This document shows, one piece after another, positions 18,066-26,404 of a DNA stretch of 32,743 nt. The notes below the pieces were generated by a model. That model had not been told where the DNA came from and searched no databases. It worked only from the letters and a program-made list of their open reading frames with translations. Source of the stretch: Candidatus Bathyarchaeia archaeon (GTDB lineage Archaea; Thermoproteota; Bathyarchaeia; TCS64); NCBI GenBank assembly GCA_050014495.1, contig JBEKDF010000034.1, positions 1 through 32,743 of the forward strand, written 5' to 3'. The position numbers were made by a program, and so were the translations under genes. Each line of letters starts with the position of its first letter. The first letter of the stretch is position 1.

Positions 18066-18090
18066 ACAGTCTTATCCCCCAAACCCAAAC
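18066..18090 (-). repeat. GGATAAG junction site, type B
   Basis: Reverse complement GTTTGGGTTTGGGGGATAAGACTGT. Confidence 0.85.
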
Positions 18091-18181
18091 GATTTATACT
18101 TAGTTGATTCTTATATATTCAAGGCTCTTTTATTATTTACTAATACTGGACCTTACAAAAATTGGAGAAAACTGGTGAAAA
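18077..18181 (+). promoter_or_regulatory. 105-bp promoter/leader, copy 1
   Basis: 103/105 identical to the reverse complement of 21441-21545; TTTATA and TTATATA boxes; GGTGA RBS. Confidence 0.85.
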
Positions 18182-18184
18182 TAA

Positions 18185-18502
18185 ATGAAGTTTATAGCCG
18201 TACACAAGTGGACCAAAGAAACAAATATCGCATGCACGAAAGACATGGTAGCAGGCTTTACAGCCCTACTTAAGGGAGAGACTCCTAAAGACGTAGTAAT
18301 AGAAAACACTTGGACAAGAGACGATTATGGAGCTTTCTGTTGCTGGGATGCGCCAAACAAAGAGGCTCTAACTAATCTGTTTAAGCAATACCTGCCTATA
18401 ATGTTGAAATACACCGAGTTTATACCCGTCTCGCAGGCGTTCCCCGCAACCATCGAGTACGAACTCGGTTTACTCAAGATGATTACTGATATGGCGAAGT
18501 AG
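18185..18502 (+). CDS. Small DUF4242/GYD-like protein
   Basis: 105 aa; MKFIAVHKW..GAFCCWDAPNKEAL; T-tract after the stop. Confidence 0.75.
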   Translation: MKFIAVHKWTKETNIACTKDMVAGFTALLKGETPKDVVIENTWTRDDYGAFCCWDAPNKEALTNLFKQYLPIMLKYTEFIPVSQAFPATIEYELGLLKMITDMAK

Positions 18503-18630
18503 ACTTCGCCTTTCCCTTTTTTTAAATATACTTTTCGAGCGCGCGTTCGTATATCCTTTTGTCTCTAGGGATATATCTTGAAATACGATGGTATATCCTT
18601 CCCTGAGAACCCCTATACTCCTTATGCGCA

Positions 18631-19058
18631 CGCGCTGGCCTGTCCCGAAATCAATTATGACTGGTATTAAATGGTTTAAAATCCGCATTCCCGTTTACAA
18701 CCTGAAATAGAGCCTTTCTACCCGAAGGATTATGAAGCCGTGGAGCGACCCACATAGACTCAGCTACAGGAAAGGAGCCTGATAATGAATGATAAGCAAC
18801 CTATGAAGGGCCTGGAAGACCATGGTTATCGTTCTCAACCGCTTTCAGCTATGGATTGGTCTCTGAGAAGCGTCGAAACTCGTTGACGGGTGTTGTTTCT
18901 ATGTTTTTCGACGGAATCGTCTATTCCGTGAGTTGAGGGGATGGCTTCCGCGAGAAGGGTAGGGGTTTGTGATATGTCAGAATTTGCCTCAAAATCCGTT
19001 AAAGGGAATTAAGACCATTATAAACCATCTTAAATCAATTTAGGGACAGGGCAGCGCG
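18631..19058. mobile_element. Putative 428-bp MITE / non-autonomous IS remnant
   Basis: Terminal inverted repeats 19/21 (CGCGCTG[G/C]CCTGTCCC[G/T]AAAT), with weaker similarity over ~50 bp; no recognisable ORF. Confidence 0.5.
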
Positions 19059-19359
19059 CAGCGTCGAAAGCGAACTTCCTAACCATGTTCCCTCATTAAA
19101 TGCAAAACTTAGACCTTAGTTGCGCACAGTAATTTACGCGCCCTAGTTTGATTCAGTACCTCTATTATTCAAGACCTACAGTAGTCTAAACGCGTCATAA
19201 CAATAAACGATATATATTGCTTTAGAGTGTGCGCTCAAGATTGTTTATCGTTGGGGTTCGAGGATAACTAGATAAATGCATTCCTAGACTATAGAATAGC
19301 AATAAAGAAATTCAACAGGAAATATAGTGCGCGTACGTGTTTGTGTTTAATATTCTACA

Positions 19360-20028
19360 TCATTTCACCTTGACAACGGGCGGCACGTGATACTCGCCGT
19401 TCAGGATGGCCGCGCCGGGCTGGTACACGCGCAGCCAGAGTATGAATTTGCCCGCAGGCGCGGGCAACCAGTTGGATTCATGGCCTGCCGGAGCGGCGTT
19501 CTGAATGTAAATGTCGATGAAGCCGTCGGCGTTTGGCACGAGTCCCGACCGGTCGCTCACGCTGTACCGATTTATTGGATTCGGTACAAAGCGATTGTGC
19601 TCATCGCCCATAGTCAGCGACCAGAATGCATCGTTCGGCGGGAGTTGTCCCGCCGGGAAGTGCATGATGTAGTCGTGCTCTCCGGAGAGTAGGTGACCCG
19701 GGCCATCTACGTCCGTCGTCCAGTACATCGCCTCCTTCTGTACGTTTATCGGGCCAGGAAATACTTGGGCGCACGCGGCTCTGAACAGAAAGCCGTTGCC
19801 AGGCTCGCCACATCCAAACATCGTGGTCCAGCCGTTGATCTTCTTGGTCTTGATCCTCGCGTAAATTTGAGCCGTGACAAATGCTAGCCCGAAGCCGATG
19901 AGGAAGCCTTGCACGACGTCATTGCGCACGGTTCTTGAATTGGGGTTGAAGAAGAACGAATAGACGAAGAAAAAGCCGATTATCACGCCGTCGAGTGCTG
20001 CCAGATAAGTGTATGTTCTGCCGCTCAT
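19360..20028 (-). CDS. DUF1214-domain protein
   Basis: EAMY..L.G...Y..HFPAGQLPP..AFWSLTM..NPINRYS..NWLPAP..LRVYQP. Confidence 0.85.
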   Translation of the reverse strand: MSGRTYTYLAALDGVIIGFFFVYSFFFNPNSRTVRNDVVQGFLIGFGLAFVTAQIYARIKTKKINGWTTMFGCGEPGNGFLFRAACAQVFPGPINVQKEAMYWTTDVDGPGHLLSGEHDYIMHFPAGQLPPNDAFWSLTMGDEHNRFVPNPINRYSVSDRSGLVPNADGFIDIYIQNAAPAGHESNWLPAPAGKFILWLRVYQPGAAILNGEYHVPPVVKVK

Positions 20029-20615
20029 ACCGATCCCTCCTGGCTTAGCGGCGTGAAACGTATCTGTTCCGCGAGATGATGGGCGTTCGATAGGTCGACG
20101 TCGCTCTCCACGAGCACTCGGCCGAGGACCAGAACCGAGTTGTTCGGCGAGGAGATCTGTTTCATGCCGCTCGGCGCCTGTCCTTTCCGGTTCGGCCCTG
20201 TGATGAGGTAGTCGCCGGCTTCGGTTCCCGTGGTACGTCTGCCGACGTAGGCGAAAACAGTGTTGTTCGACGGGTCAGTGAACTGCACGCTGTAGTAGCG
20301 GCTATTCATGTCCGGAACGTGCAGGACTTGCGGCCCTTTACTGAGGTCTAATACGCCGACCGTAAGGAGCGTGTCGCGGTTCACGCCGGTAGTCGCCAAG
20401 TTTGAGGCCGAGGCGGGAGGGTGGATGGGGTCTGCAAAGAGCGTTTGGGGCTCCGTATGGAGCGTATTGATCGGGATGGGGCCGTCGCCGAACCCTTTAC
20501 CGAGGATCGCTCTCTTGAACACGTATAGGATCATGCGTGGCCAATTGTAGGTGAAGAGGAACCATGTCACGAGCATGATCGAACCGAATATAAACAGATG
20601 TTCGGGCTCTATCAT
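20025..20615 (-). CDS. DUF1254-domain protein
   Basis: NRDTL..LDLSKGPQVLHVPDM..RYYSVQF.D..FAYVGRRTTGT.AG.YLITGP; ATGA overlap with the DUF1214 gene. Confidence 0.85.
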   Translation of the reverse strand: MIEPEHLFIFGSIMLVTWFLFTYNWPRMILYVFKRAILGKGFGDGPIPINTLHTEPQTLFADPIHPPASASNLATTGVNRDTLLTVGVLDLSKGPQVLHVPDMNSRYYSVQFTDPSNNTVFAYVGRRTTGTEAGDYLITGPNRKGQAPSGMKQISSPNNSVLVLGRVLVESDVDLSNAHHLAEQIRFTPLSQEGSV

Positions 20616-20749
20616 GATAAATTTACCTTTATACGCGCACATAAAATGTTGGCCGTATGTTTGATGAGGCGGTTTGCAGTGAAAAATGCCGGAGCTCCCC
20701 CCGCGATAATTCCTAACGTTAAAATAGCGATGATTGTCTTTTTCCGCAT
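20612..20749 (-). CDS. 45-aa signal-peptide-like ORF or gene stub
   Basis: MRKKTIIAILTLGIIAGGAPAFF..; its stop overlaps the ATG of the DUF1254 gene (ATGA). Confidence 0.35.
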   Translation of the reverse strand: MRKKTIIAILTLGIIAGGAPAFFTANRLIKHTANILCARIKVNLS

Positions 20750-20992
20750 AATGGGAACCCGCTTTTCACATTGTACTTTTCCTTTTCATCCATTATTAAC
20801 ATTCTCGTGCGCTCCCCATACTGGCGAACTGAAGGGATCGGTTGGTGCCTGCGCAGTCTAGTAGCCATTCTATGAAGTAAGCACCTAATAGAAATTCACC
20901 TATTGTGAACCTGCATCGCGCGCTCCGTTGCATGCACTCTGTACTCATAATCTTATTCTCACATTAACTCACTCATAGAAAATCTTATCCCA

Positions 20993-21023
20993 AAGTTACT
21001 TTGGCATAAGCCTCATCTTATGT
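20993..21023 (+). repeat. dif/cer-like site, copy 1
   Basis: AAGTTACTTTGGCATAAG-CCTCAT-CTTATGT(AAA), a dyad; 30/31 identical to 24480-24510. Confidence 0.75.
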
Positions 21024-21153
21024 AAAGGAGATTGATAAAGTAATTCGCTCTTCCTCCAAGGGCTTACTCACACCTCGACACAAGCGTTGACTAGTTATAA
21101 AAAAGGAGGTTAATTGTTCAAGTATCGTAATAGTTCGGAAAAGTCCTCTAGGT

Positions 21154-21438
21154 TTAGAATTGCAGCACTTCGTAGGTCTTTGTATAGGACATTGGAATCT
21201 CGGGATCCAGATTCCAAACTTTATCTCGGAAATCCTGGAAAGCATCGCGGTGCATATCAGTAGCATAGCCGATTACAGTATCTTCAACGCAGCCAAATAC
21301 GCGGCCGTTTGTTACTATCTCCACTTTATTATCCTTGCACAGCTTCTCATGCTTCTTCAGCCACTGTGCCCCCTTTTTAGGCCACTCTGCTACTGCTTTG
21401 TCTGACCACTTTGTGAAACACAGATAAACGTACTTCAT
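21154..21438 (-). CDS. Small GYD-like protein
   Basis: 94 aa from MKYVYLCFTKW; GGTGA RBS within the duplicated leader. Confidence 0.7.
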   Translation of the reverse strand: MKYVYLCFTKWSDKAVAEWPKKGAQWLKKHEKLCKDNKVEIVTNGRVFGCVEDTVIGYATDMHRDAFQDFRDKVWNLDPEIPMSYTKTYEVLQF

Positions 21439-21440
21439 TC

Positions 21441-21545
21441 TTTTCACCAGTTTTCTCCAATTTTTGTAAGGTCCAGTATTAGTAAATAATAAAAGAGCCT
21501 TTAATATATAAGAATCAACTAAGTATAAATCCTTTGGGTTTGGGG
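21441..21545 (-). promoter_or_regulatory. 105-bp promoter/leader, copy 2
   Basis: Inverted duplicate of 18077-18181. Confidence 0.85.
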
Positions 21546-21566
21546 CCATAGTCTTATCCTCCCACA
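21533..21566 (-). repeat. Composite junction site TTTGGGTTTGGGGCC-ATAGTCTTATCCTCCCAC (+ strand)
   Basis: Same architecture as 4441-4468. Confidence 0.8.
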
Positions 21567-21665
21567 TAACCCATATCGTGAGACCTCAAAGCCTCACCCT
21601 CCATTCGCCCTACATCTTGATTATAATGTTAAATAAAGATAAGATTTGCAAGAAATTGTTGCAAG

Positions 21666-21686
21666 TGGGTTTGGGGATTAGGCTAT
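21666..21686 (+). repeat. GGATAAG junction site, type B variant
   Basis: TGGGTTTGGGGATTAGGCTAT. Confidence 0.7.
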
Positions 21687-21747
21687 GGCTTCCCACCATT
21701 CCATTGCGCGCGAGTTATTAAAAAGTCGGGTGCTGAAGTTGAAAAAA

Positions 21748-22686
21748 TTAATTAAAGGTATAGATGGTGCCTACAGTATTGATAATGACTCGTCCCGGCA
21801 TTTTTTCTTTAAACTGATTGATAGCATTCCATCCTGTGCAGTGCATTGGTGCGACATAATCGGGGTTTATCTTTTTCATTTCTTCAATTGTCGCTCCTAT
21901 AATAGGTTCAAATTGCAGCCCCGTAAGATGGAAACCGCCCAATACAGCGTGGACCTTCTCTATTTTGGTGATTTTCTTAGCATACTTAACAGTGTTTATG
22001 ATCCCCGCGTGAGAACAACCGCTAATGACCACTAATCCCTTATCTTTCAAATTGACTACCAGTCCCTGGTCATCGTTAATAGGATCAACAACCCAGTTAC
22101 CGTTAATTTTCGCCTCCATCCCGGGAAACCCCTTTTCAAATGGTGTTACTCTTTCTACTTCTCCGGTTGCCATGATTAATCCCGATGCTAACGTCGAAGG
22201 TCCCAAGGATTCTAAGATTTTTGCCCCTGATTTCCTCAAGGATTCTTCCTCCAAAGAAGGCATATCAACGGGGTGGCTTAATGAAGGATTTTTGAGGCGG
22301 CGAATAAGGAAAGCATCAGGATGAAGAATAAGTGGGATCTCTTTTGTAGAACGACCTAATAGTTCCATAAGCCCGCCAGTATGGTCAAAGTGGCCATGGC
22401 TCAGAACGATGGATTCTATACTATCTAAATCGACATTTAGTAGTTTAGCATTGTGAAATAGACATTCTGCAGATACTCCCGAATCAAAAAGCACAAAATG
22501 TTCCTCTGAACCAGCACAGACCTTAAGAAAACACGAGAACCCATGTTCGGCAAGTAGCAACGTTGGAGGAGAAACCCAAGGCCGCCTATCAATTTTTGTG
22601 TCCTGCGCCTTGAATACATCCGTATAATTATCGACCAGGTTTAGCACTTCTAAGCGATCCGCTTCTCTTAGATTTAATTCACCCAT
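21748..22686 (-). CDS. MBL-fold metallo-hydrolase, MJ0301-like dihydropteroate-analog synthase family
   Basis: LVDN, AEHGFS, LFDSG, LSHGHFDHTGG, DDQ, GCSHAG, GGFHL, PMHCTG; likely start MGELNL. Confidence 0.85.
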   Translation of the reverse strand: MGELNLREADRLEVLNLVDNYTDVFKAQDTKIDRRPWVSPPTLLLAEHGFSCFLKVCAGSEEHFVLFDSGVSAECLFHNAKLLNVDLDSIESIVLSHGHFDHTGGLMELLGRSTKEIPLILHPDAFLIRRLKNPSLSHPVDMPSLEEESLRKSGAKILESLGPSTLASGLIMATGEVERVTPFEKGFPGMEAKINGNWVVDPINDDQGLVVNLKDKGLVVISGCSHAGIINTVKYAKKITKIEKVHAVLGGFHLTGLQFEPIIGATIEEMKKINPDYVAPMHCTGWNAINQFKEKMPGRVIINTVGTIYTFN

Positions 22687-22801
22687 TTGATCACCCATCG
22701 ATGACCTTGGTGGTTTTATTGTTACCATACTCCGAGTACCAAACATACTTCAACTTGAGATACGCCTCGGTGCGCACATGTTCACAAATAAGTGGAGAGG
22801 A

Positions 22802-22850
22802 AAGGTGCCTATAGTGTTATTGGTAAATAATCCATATTTATCGGAATAAT
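22802..22850 (+). repeat. 49-bp CCTATAG repeat, copy 2
   Basis: 45/49 identical to 13617-13665; followed by ATGCGCGCGCG. Confidence 0.85.
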
Positions 22851-22981
22851 ATGCGCGCGCGAAGTTAGATGGTTGATCAATCTGAGATTCAGGCTACCCA
22901 CTACGCGGTTGTAGCCACAGGTTGCTTGCATTAAATGCATAACTTTTTACCATTCCTGTAAAGTTTTTTTGATGGTTTATT

Positions 22982-24424
22982 ATGTTGAAGGAAACGGCGT
23001 GGAACTGGATTGAGGATAATAAAGATCAGCTAGCCAAAATAAGCGACGATATCTGGGGCTTCGCCGAGTCTGGGCTTCTCGAGGAGAAGAGCAGCAAGCT
23101 AATCGCAGACACCCTTGAGAAACACGGATTCAAGGTCAACCGCGGCGTCGCCGGCATGCCAACTGCCTTAACCGCAGAATGGGGCAGCGGGGAACCCATA
23201 ATCGGCGTCATGGGCGAGTATGACGCCCTCCCGGGTATCAGCAACAAGGCGGTGCCCCGTAAGGAGGCCATCGTTGAAGGCGGTATGGGTCATGGCTGCG
23301 GTCACAACATCCACGGAGTCAGCGCTATGAGCGCTGCCATCGCTGTTCGGTACGCTCTCGACAAAGGTGGGCTGAAGGGTACTATACGGTTCTATGGCTG
23401 CCCGGCTGAGGAGAATTACCAGGGCAAGATCTTCATGGTCGGTGACGGTCTCTTTAAAGACGTCGACGCATGTCTGAGCCACCACCCGGGCCACTTAAAC
23501 ACCGCTTCATTATCCCGCAGCACCGCAACGATTCACGCCAAATTCAACTTCTACGGGAAGACGGCGCACGCCGCCGCCAACCCTGAGCAGGGGAGGAGCG
23601 CCCTAGACGCTGTCGAACTGATGGATGTGGGGGTCAACTTCCTCAGGGAGCACATTATTGAGAAGGCGAGAATCCACTACGTCATCGAGGCTGGAGGTGG
23701 CCAGCCAAATGTTGTCCCCGACTACGCGAGGAGCTGGTACTATGTGCGTGCGCCTGAGATAGACCAGTTAGAATCCATCTACAAGCGTGTAGAGAAGATT
23801 GCAGAGGGGGCGACCCTCATGACGGAGACTGAAGTCAAGATAGAAATGGACCTTGGAAGCTATAACCTGATTCCAAGCAGGACTTTGAGCGAAGTCGTCG
23901 TAGCCAACATGAGGGAGGTCGGTGCCCCAAAGTACACAGATGAGGAGCAGAGGTTCGCTGCAGAGATTGCTAAGAGTTTTCCCAAGCAGGATAAGATAGA
24001 CACCCTGAAAAAGTCCCGGATGCCGAATTGGGAGAAGTATGTCGATGTTGACCTAGTCACCGATATCTTCGATGCTTGGGACGACGGCGAGGTCTCCCCC
24101 GGAAGCACAGATGTCTCCCACGTCAGTTGGGTGGTGCCCACGATGGAGTTCGGCACCGCGTGCAATATTCTCGGAGCCCCTGGTCATAGCTGGCAGTTCG
24201 TAGCTAGTAGCGGCTCGAGCATTGGGCACAAGAGCTTGATATTTGCGGCGAAGACGATGGCGGGTAGCGTTATAGATCTGATGACCAAGCCGGAGATCCT
24301 GGTGAAGGCTAAGGAGGAGCATAAGAAACGGCTCGGAGGAAATCGCTACAAGCCGGATGAGAAGCGGAAGCCTCCATTAAAGCAGGCCAGAGAGAATGCT
24401 GGGAAGCTCAAGGGCAAGAACTAG
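22982..24424 (+). CDS. abgB: M20 amidohydrolase, p-aminobenzoyl-glutamate hydrolase subunit B-like
   Basis: GEYDALPG, GHGCGHN, GCPAEE, GRSALDAVELM, PNVVPD, GSTDV and HSWQ motifs. Confidence 0.85.
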   Translation: MLKETAWNWIEDNKDQLAKISDDIWGFAESGLLEEKSSKLIADTLEKHGFKVNRGVAGMPTALTAEWGSGEPIIGVMGEYDALPGISNKAVPRKEAIVEGGMGHGCGHNIHGVSAMSAAIAVRYALDKGGLKGTIRFYGCPAEENYQGKIFMVGDGLFKDVDACLSHHPGHLNTASLSRSTATIHAKFNFYGKTAHAAANPEQGRSALDAVELMDVGVNFLREHIIEKARIHYVIEAGGGQPNVVPDYARSWYYVRAPEIDQLESIYKRVEKIAEGATLMTETEVKIEMDLGSYNLIPSRTLSEVVVANMREVGAPKYTDEEQRFAAEIAKSFPKQDKIDTLKKSRMPNWEKYVDVDLVTDIFDAWDDGEVSPGSTDVSHVSWVVPTMEFGTACNILGAPGHSWQFVASSGSSIGHKSLIFAAKTMAGSVIDLMTKPEILVKAKEEHKKRLGGNRYKPDEKRKPPLKQARENAGKLKGKN

Positions 24425-24479
24425 ATTCACTTTGTCTATCAATCAAGAGCGACGCATCCGATAATCGAAAAAACTACCC

Positions 24480-24510
24480 AAGTTACTTTGGTATAAGCCT
24501 CATCTTATGT
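24480..24510 (+). repeat. dif/cer-like site, copy 2
   Basis: AAGTTACTTTGGTATAAGCCTCATCTTATGT. Confidence 0.75.
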
Positions 24511-24513
24511 GTA

Positions 24514-24538
24514 ACAGTCTTATCCTCACTTCCATCTG
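24514..24538 (-). repeat. GGATAAG junction site, type A
   Basis: Reverse complement CAGATGGAAGTGAGGATAAGACTGT; 3 nt from the dif-like site. Confidence 0.85.
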
Positions 24539-24621
24539 GATATTCAACAGTGACGATGAGTGGTTGATCTGCAGACTTTGAAGTCTCACCGTTAATTAAA
24601 TATCAGTTATATCAGAAAAAA

Positions 24622-25260
24622 TCATGAGTTTTTCTCCTTCTCAATCCTCGGGGTGTATCTATCACAATCGAAGCAAAGCAACTCGGTGACACGGAGCATC
24701 TCTCGATTTTGTCCCTTTAACACTGGGAGGCTAGAATATGCGGGTAAAGTATATTCCCTTGCAGCGAATCTTTCATAGATCTTTTTAAAATTATCCGAGT
24801 TTGGCGTATACTTCCAATATTGACAATAACCATTCCACGAATAGTGACAGTCGATGGCTTTCACCTTCGCCCTCTCAAACCTTATGTCGAAGAGAGCTGA
24901 CTCGACTTCTGCCCTAGAAAACAAGGTCATTTCCCTTGTGGGGTATGTTAACGTTGGGTACAATGTTACATGATAGTTCGACGTTTGTTGTTGCGATTTG
25001 TCATAACCGGTATCATTTGCGGTTACATGGGATTTGTTTAGAGTATCAAGAAAGTCACGCAGCTCAGGTGTCAGAGGACCCAAGCCCTTTTCATCGCTTC
25101 CTCTTCTCGCAGATAGGTATTGTTTCCCGTTTACAGTTTTAACCCTGAAATTCCACCCATCTCGGTGAAATGCCTCGATTTCTTCCCAAGTGTTTTTATT
25201 GTGAGAAATAATGTACCCCCCTTGCACATCTCCCCATGTTCCCCAATATTCCCCTCCCAT
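24622..25260 (-). CDS. Hypothetical protein (mobile-element-like), Cys pairs near the C-terminus
   Basis: 212 aa; DCHY..YCQY and CFDC; start uncertain. Confidence 0.6.
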   Translation of the reverse strand: MGGEYWGTWGDVQGGYIISHNKNTWEEIEAFHRDGWNFRVKTVNGKQYLSARRGSDEKGLGPLTPELRDFLDTLNKSHVTANDTGYDKSQQQTSNYHVTLYPTLTYPTREMTLFSRAEVESALFDIRFERAKVKAIDCHYSWNGYCQYWKYTPNSDNFKKIYERFAAREYTLPAYSSLPVLKGQNREMLRVTELLCFDCDRYTPRIEKEKNS

Positions 25261-25468
25261 TTAATGTTTTACATAAGTTTGGAATATGTCTTCTTCGCGA
25301 AACAATCCTTCTTCCTTGATTCACTATATTTCCCCAGGTTTTTCACGTTTCCCCAAATAATTATGTAACTCCTAGGTTTTTGTTATGTTTCCCTTTTTTC
25401 CCATGTTCCTAAGAGAATAGGCTAGCCTAAAATAGGTGGATGGGGATATTTAATACTGGGAAAATAAC

Positions 25469-26338
25469 GTGTCGCACCTGATTTGTCCCTTATGCGGGTT
25501 GAATGTACCTCTTTCAAAACTGGATGAGGGGAATTTCCCCATCGACCTAAAGACTATCAGTTTTAAAAATCGGGGCTATAGAATGGGCTTCGGGGTCGAT
25601 GAAATAGTCTCCATTATGGGTGATGGGGAAATTACACCGATCATCGCCACAAGGATCAAGGAACTGTATGACTTTTTTGTAGAACACGGGGAAATCGATG
25701 CACCATTAGTGGATCCAAACTATGGATCAATCTTAATACAATTAAATAATTTAAAGAGACAATTATCCGGGGAGAAAACAAATAATCTATTTTTAAAAAA
25801 TAGGATAAATGAAGTGGAAGATGACTATGAACTGGATAGACAGGTCGACTACATTATTCGGGAGAGTCTGTGCGTTGGGAATGCCCGTCAGCAATTGACG
25901 GTTGATGAGAATGGGTGGACGCTAGCCATTTCATCTAAACCTGGTCAGCTAGAAATGTACCTGTTTCTGTTGATACTAGATATACCCAGCAAGCTAAAGG
26001 TGAGGCTATTGACTCATATTAAAGGCGACGAAAATCCAATCTTTTACAACAACATGTTGAAGTACTTCTCGAGGAGACAGAGCATCGCGGAGAGGCTGCT
26101 TGATTACGATAACGAGAACACGGTCGTAGAAGTGGATGAAACCGGAAAAAAAATCGAGCACATATTTAAACCCGTATATCGCCCAGAGTATGCTGGAAGA
26201 TCTATAGGCTTCGAACAGTTGAAGCGCATCGTAGAAAGCGCAAAGGAACACTCGGATGAGCCTGAATATATCGGTAAAACAATTATAGATGTAAAATATC
26301 CAAAAAAATTGGTGCTACCATACAGAGGAGAGGGCTAG
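25469..26338 (+). CDS. Hypothetical protein with N-terminal CxxC
   Basis: 289 aa; MSHLICPLCG; coiled-coil-like middle; AT-rich codons. Confidence 0.7.
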   Translation: MSHLICPLCGLNVPLSKLDEGNFPIDLKTISFKNRGYRMGFGVDEIVSIMGDGEITPIIATRIKELYDFFVEHGEIDAPLVDPNYGSILIQLNNLKRQLSGEKTNNLFLKNRINEVEDDYELDRQVDYIIRESLCVGNARQQLTVDENGWTLAISSKPGQLEMYLFLLILDIPSKLKVRLLTHIKGDENPIFYNNMLKYFSRRQSIAERLLDYDNENTVVEVDETGKKIEHIFKPVYRPEYAGRSIGFEQLKRIVESAKEHSDEPEYIGKTIIDVKYPKKLVLPYRGEG

Positions 26339-26404
26339 ATCACCTAGAGCGCGCACCCCACCTAAGGAGGTGCCCCACCGCTGATTTAGGTAGATAAGCG
26401 TGCG

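Noticed and set aside
18780..19001. Transposase remnant inside the putative MITE
   Set aside because: Only short interrupted frames are present; a DHGYRS peptide is too weak to call a DDE motif.
21439..21567. ORF-track N-terminal extensions (MWEDKT.., MGLGDKT.., and 15321-15455 of the nitrilase)
   Set aside because: They translate repeat, leader or spacer DNA; better starts with an RBS or family homology lie downstream.
603..24538. CTTATCC motif as a simple TATA/promoter element
   Set aside because: It lies 30-40 nt before a start in two cases, but elsewhere points into 3' ends of convergent genes (11023, 24514), and its spacing is inconsistent. Not fully excluded.
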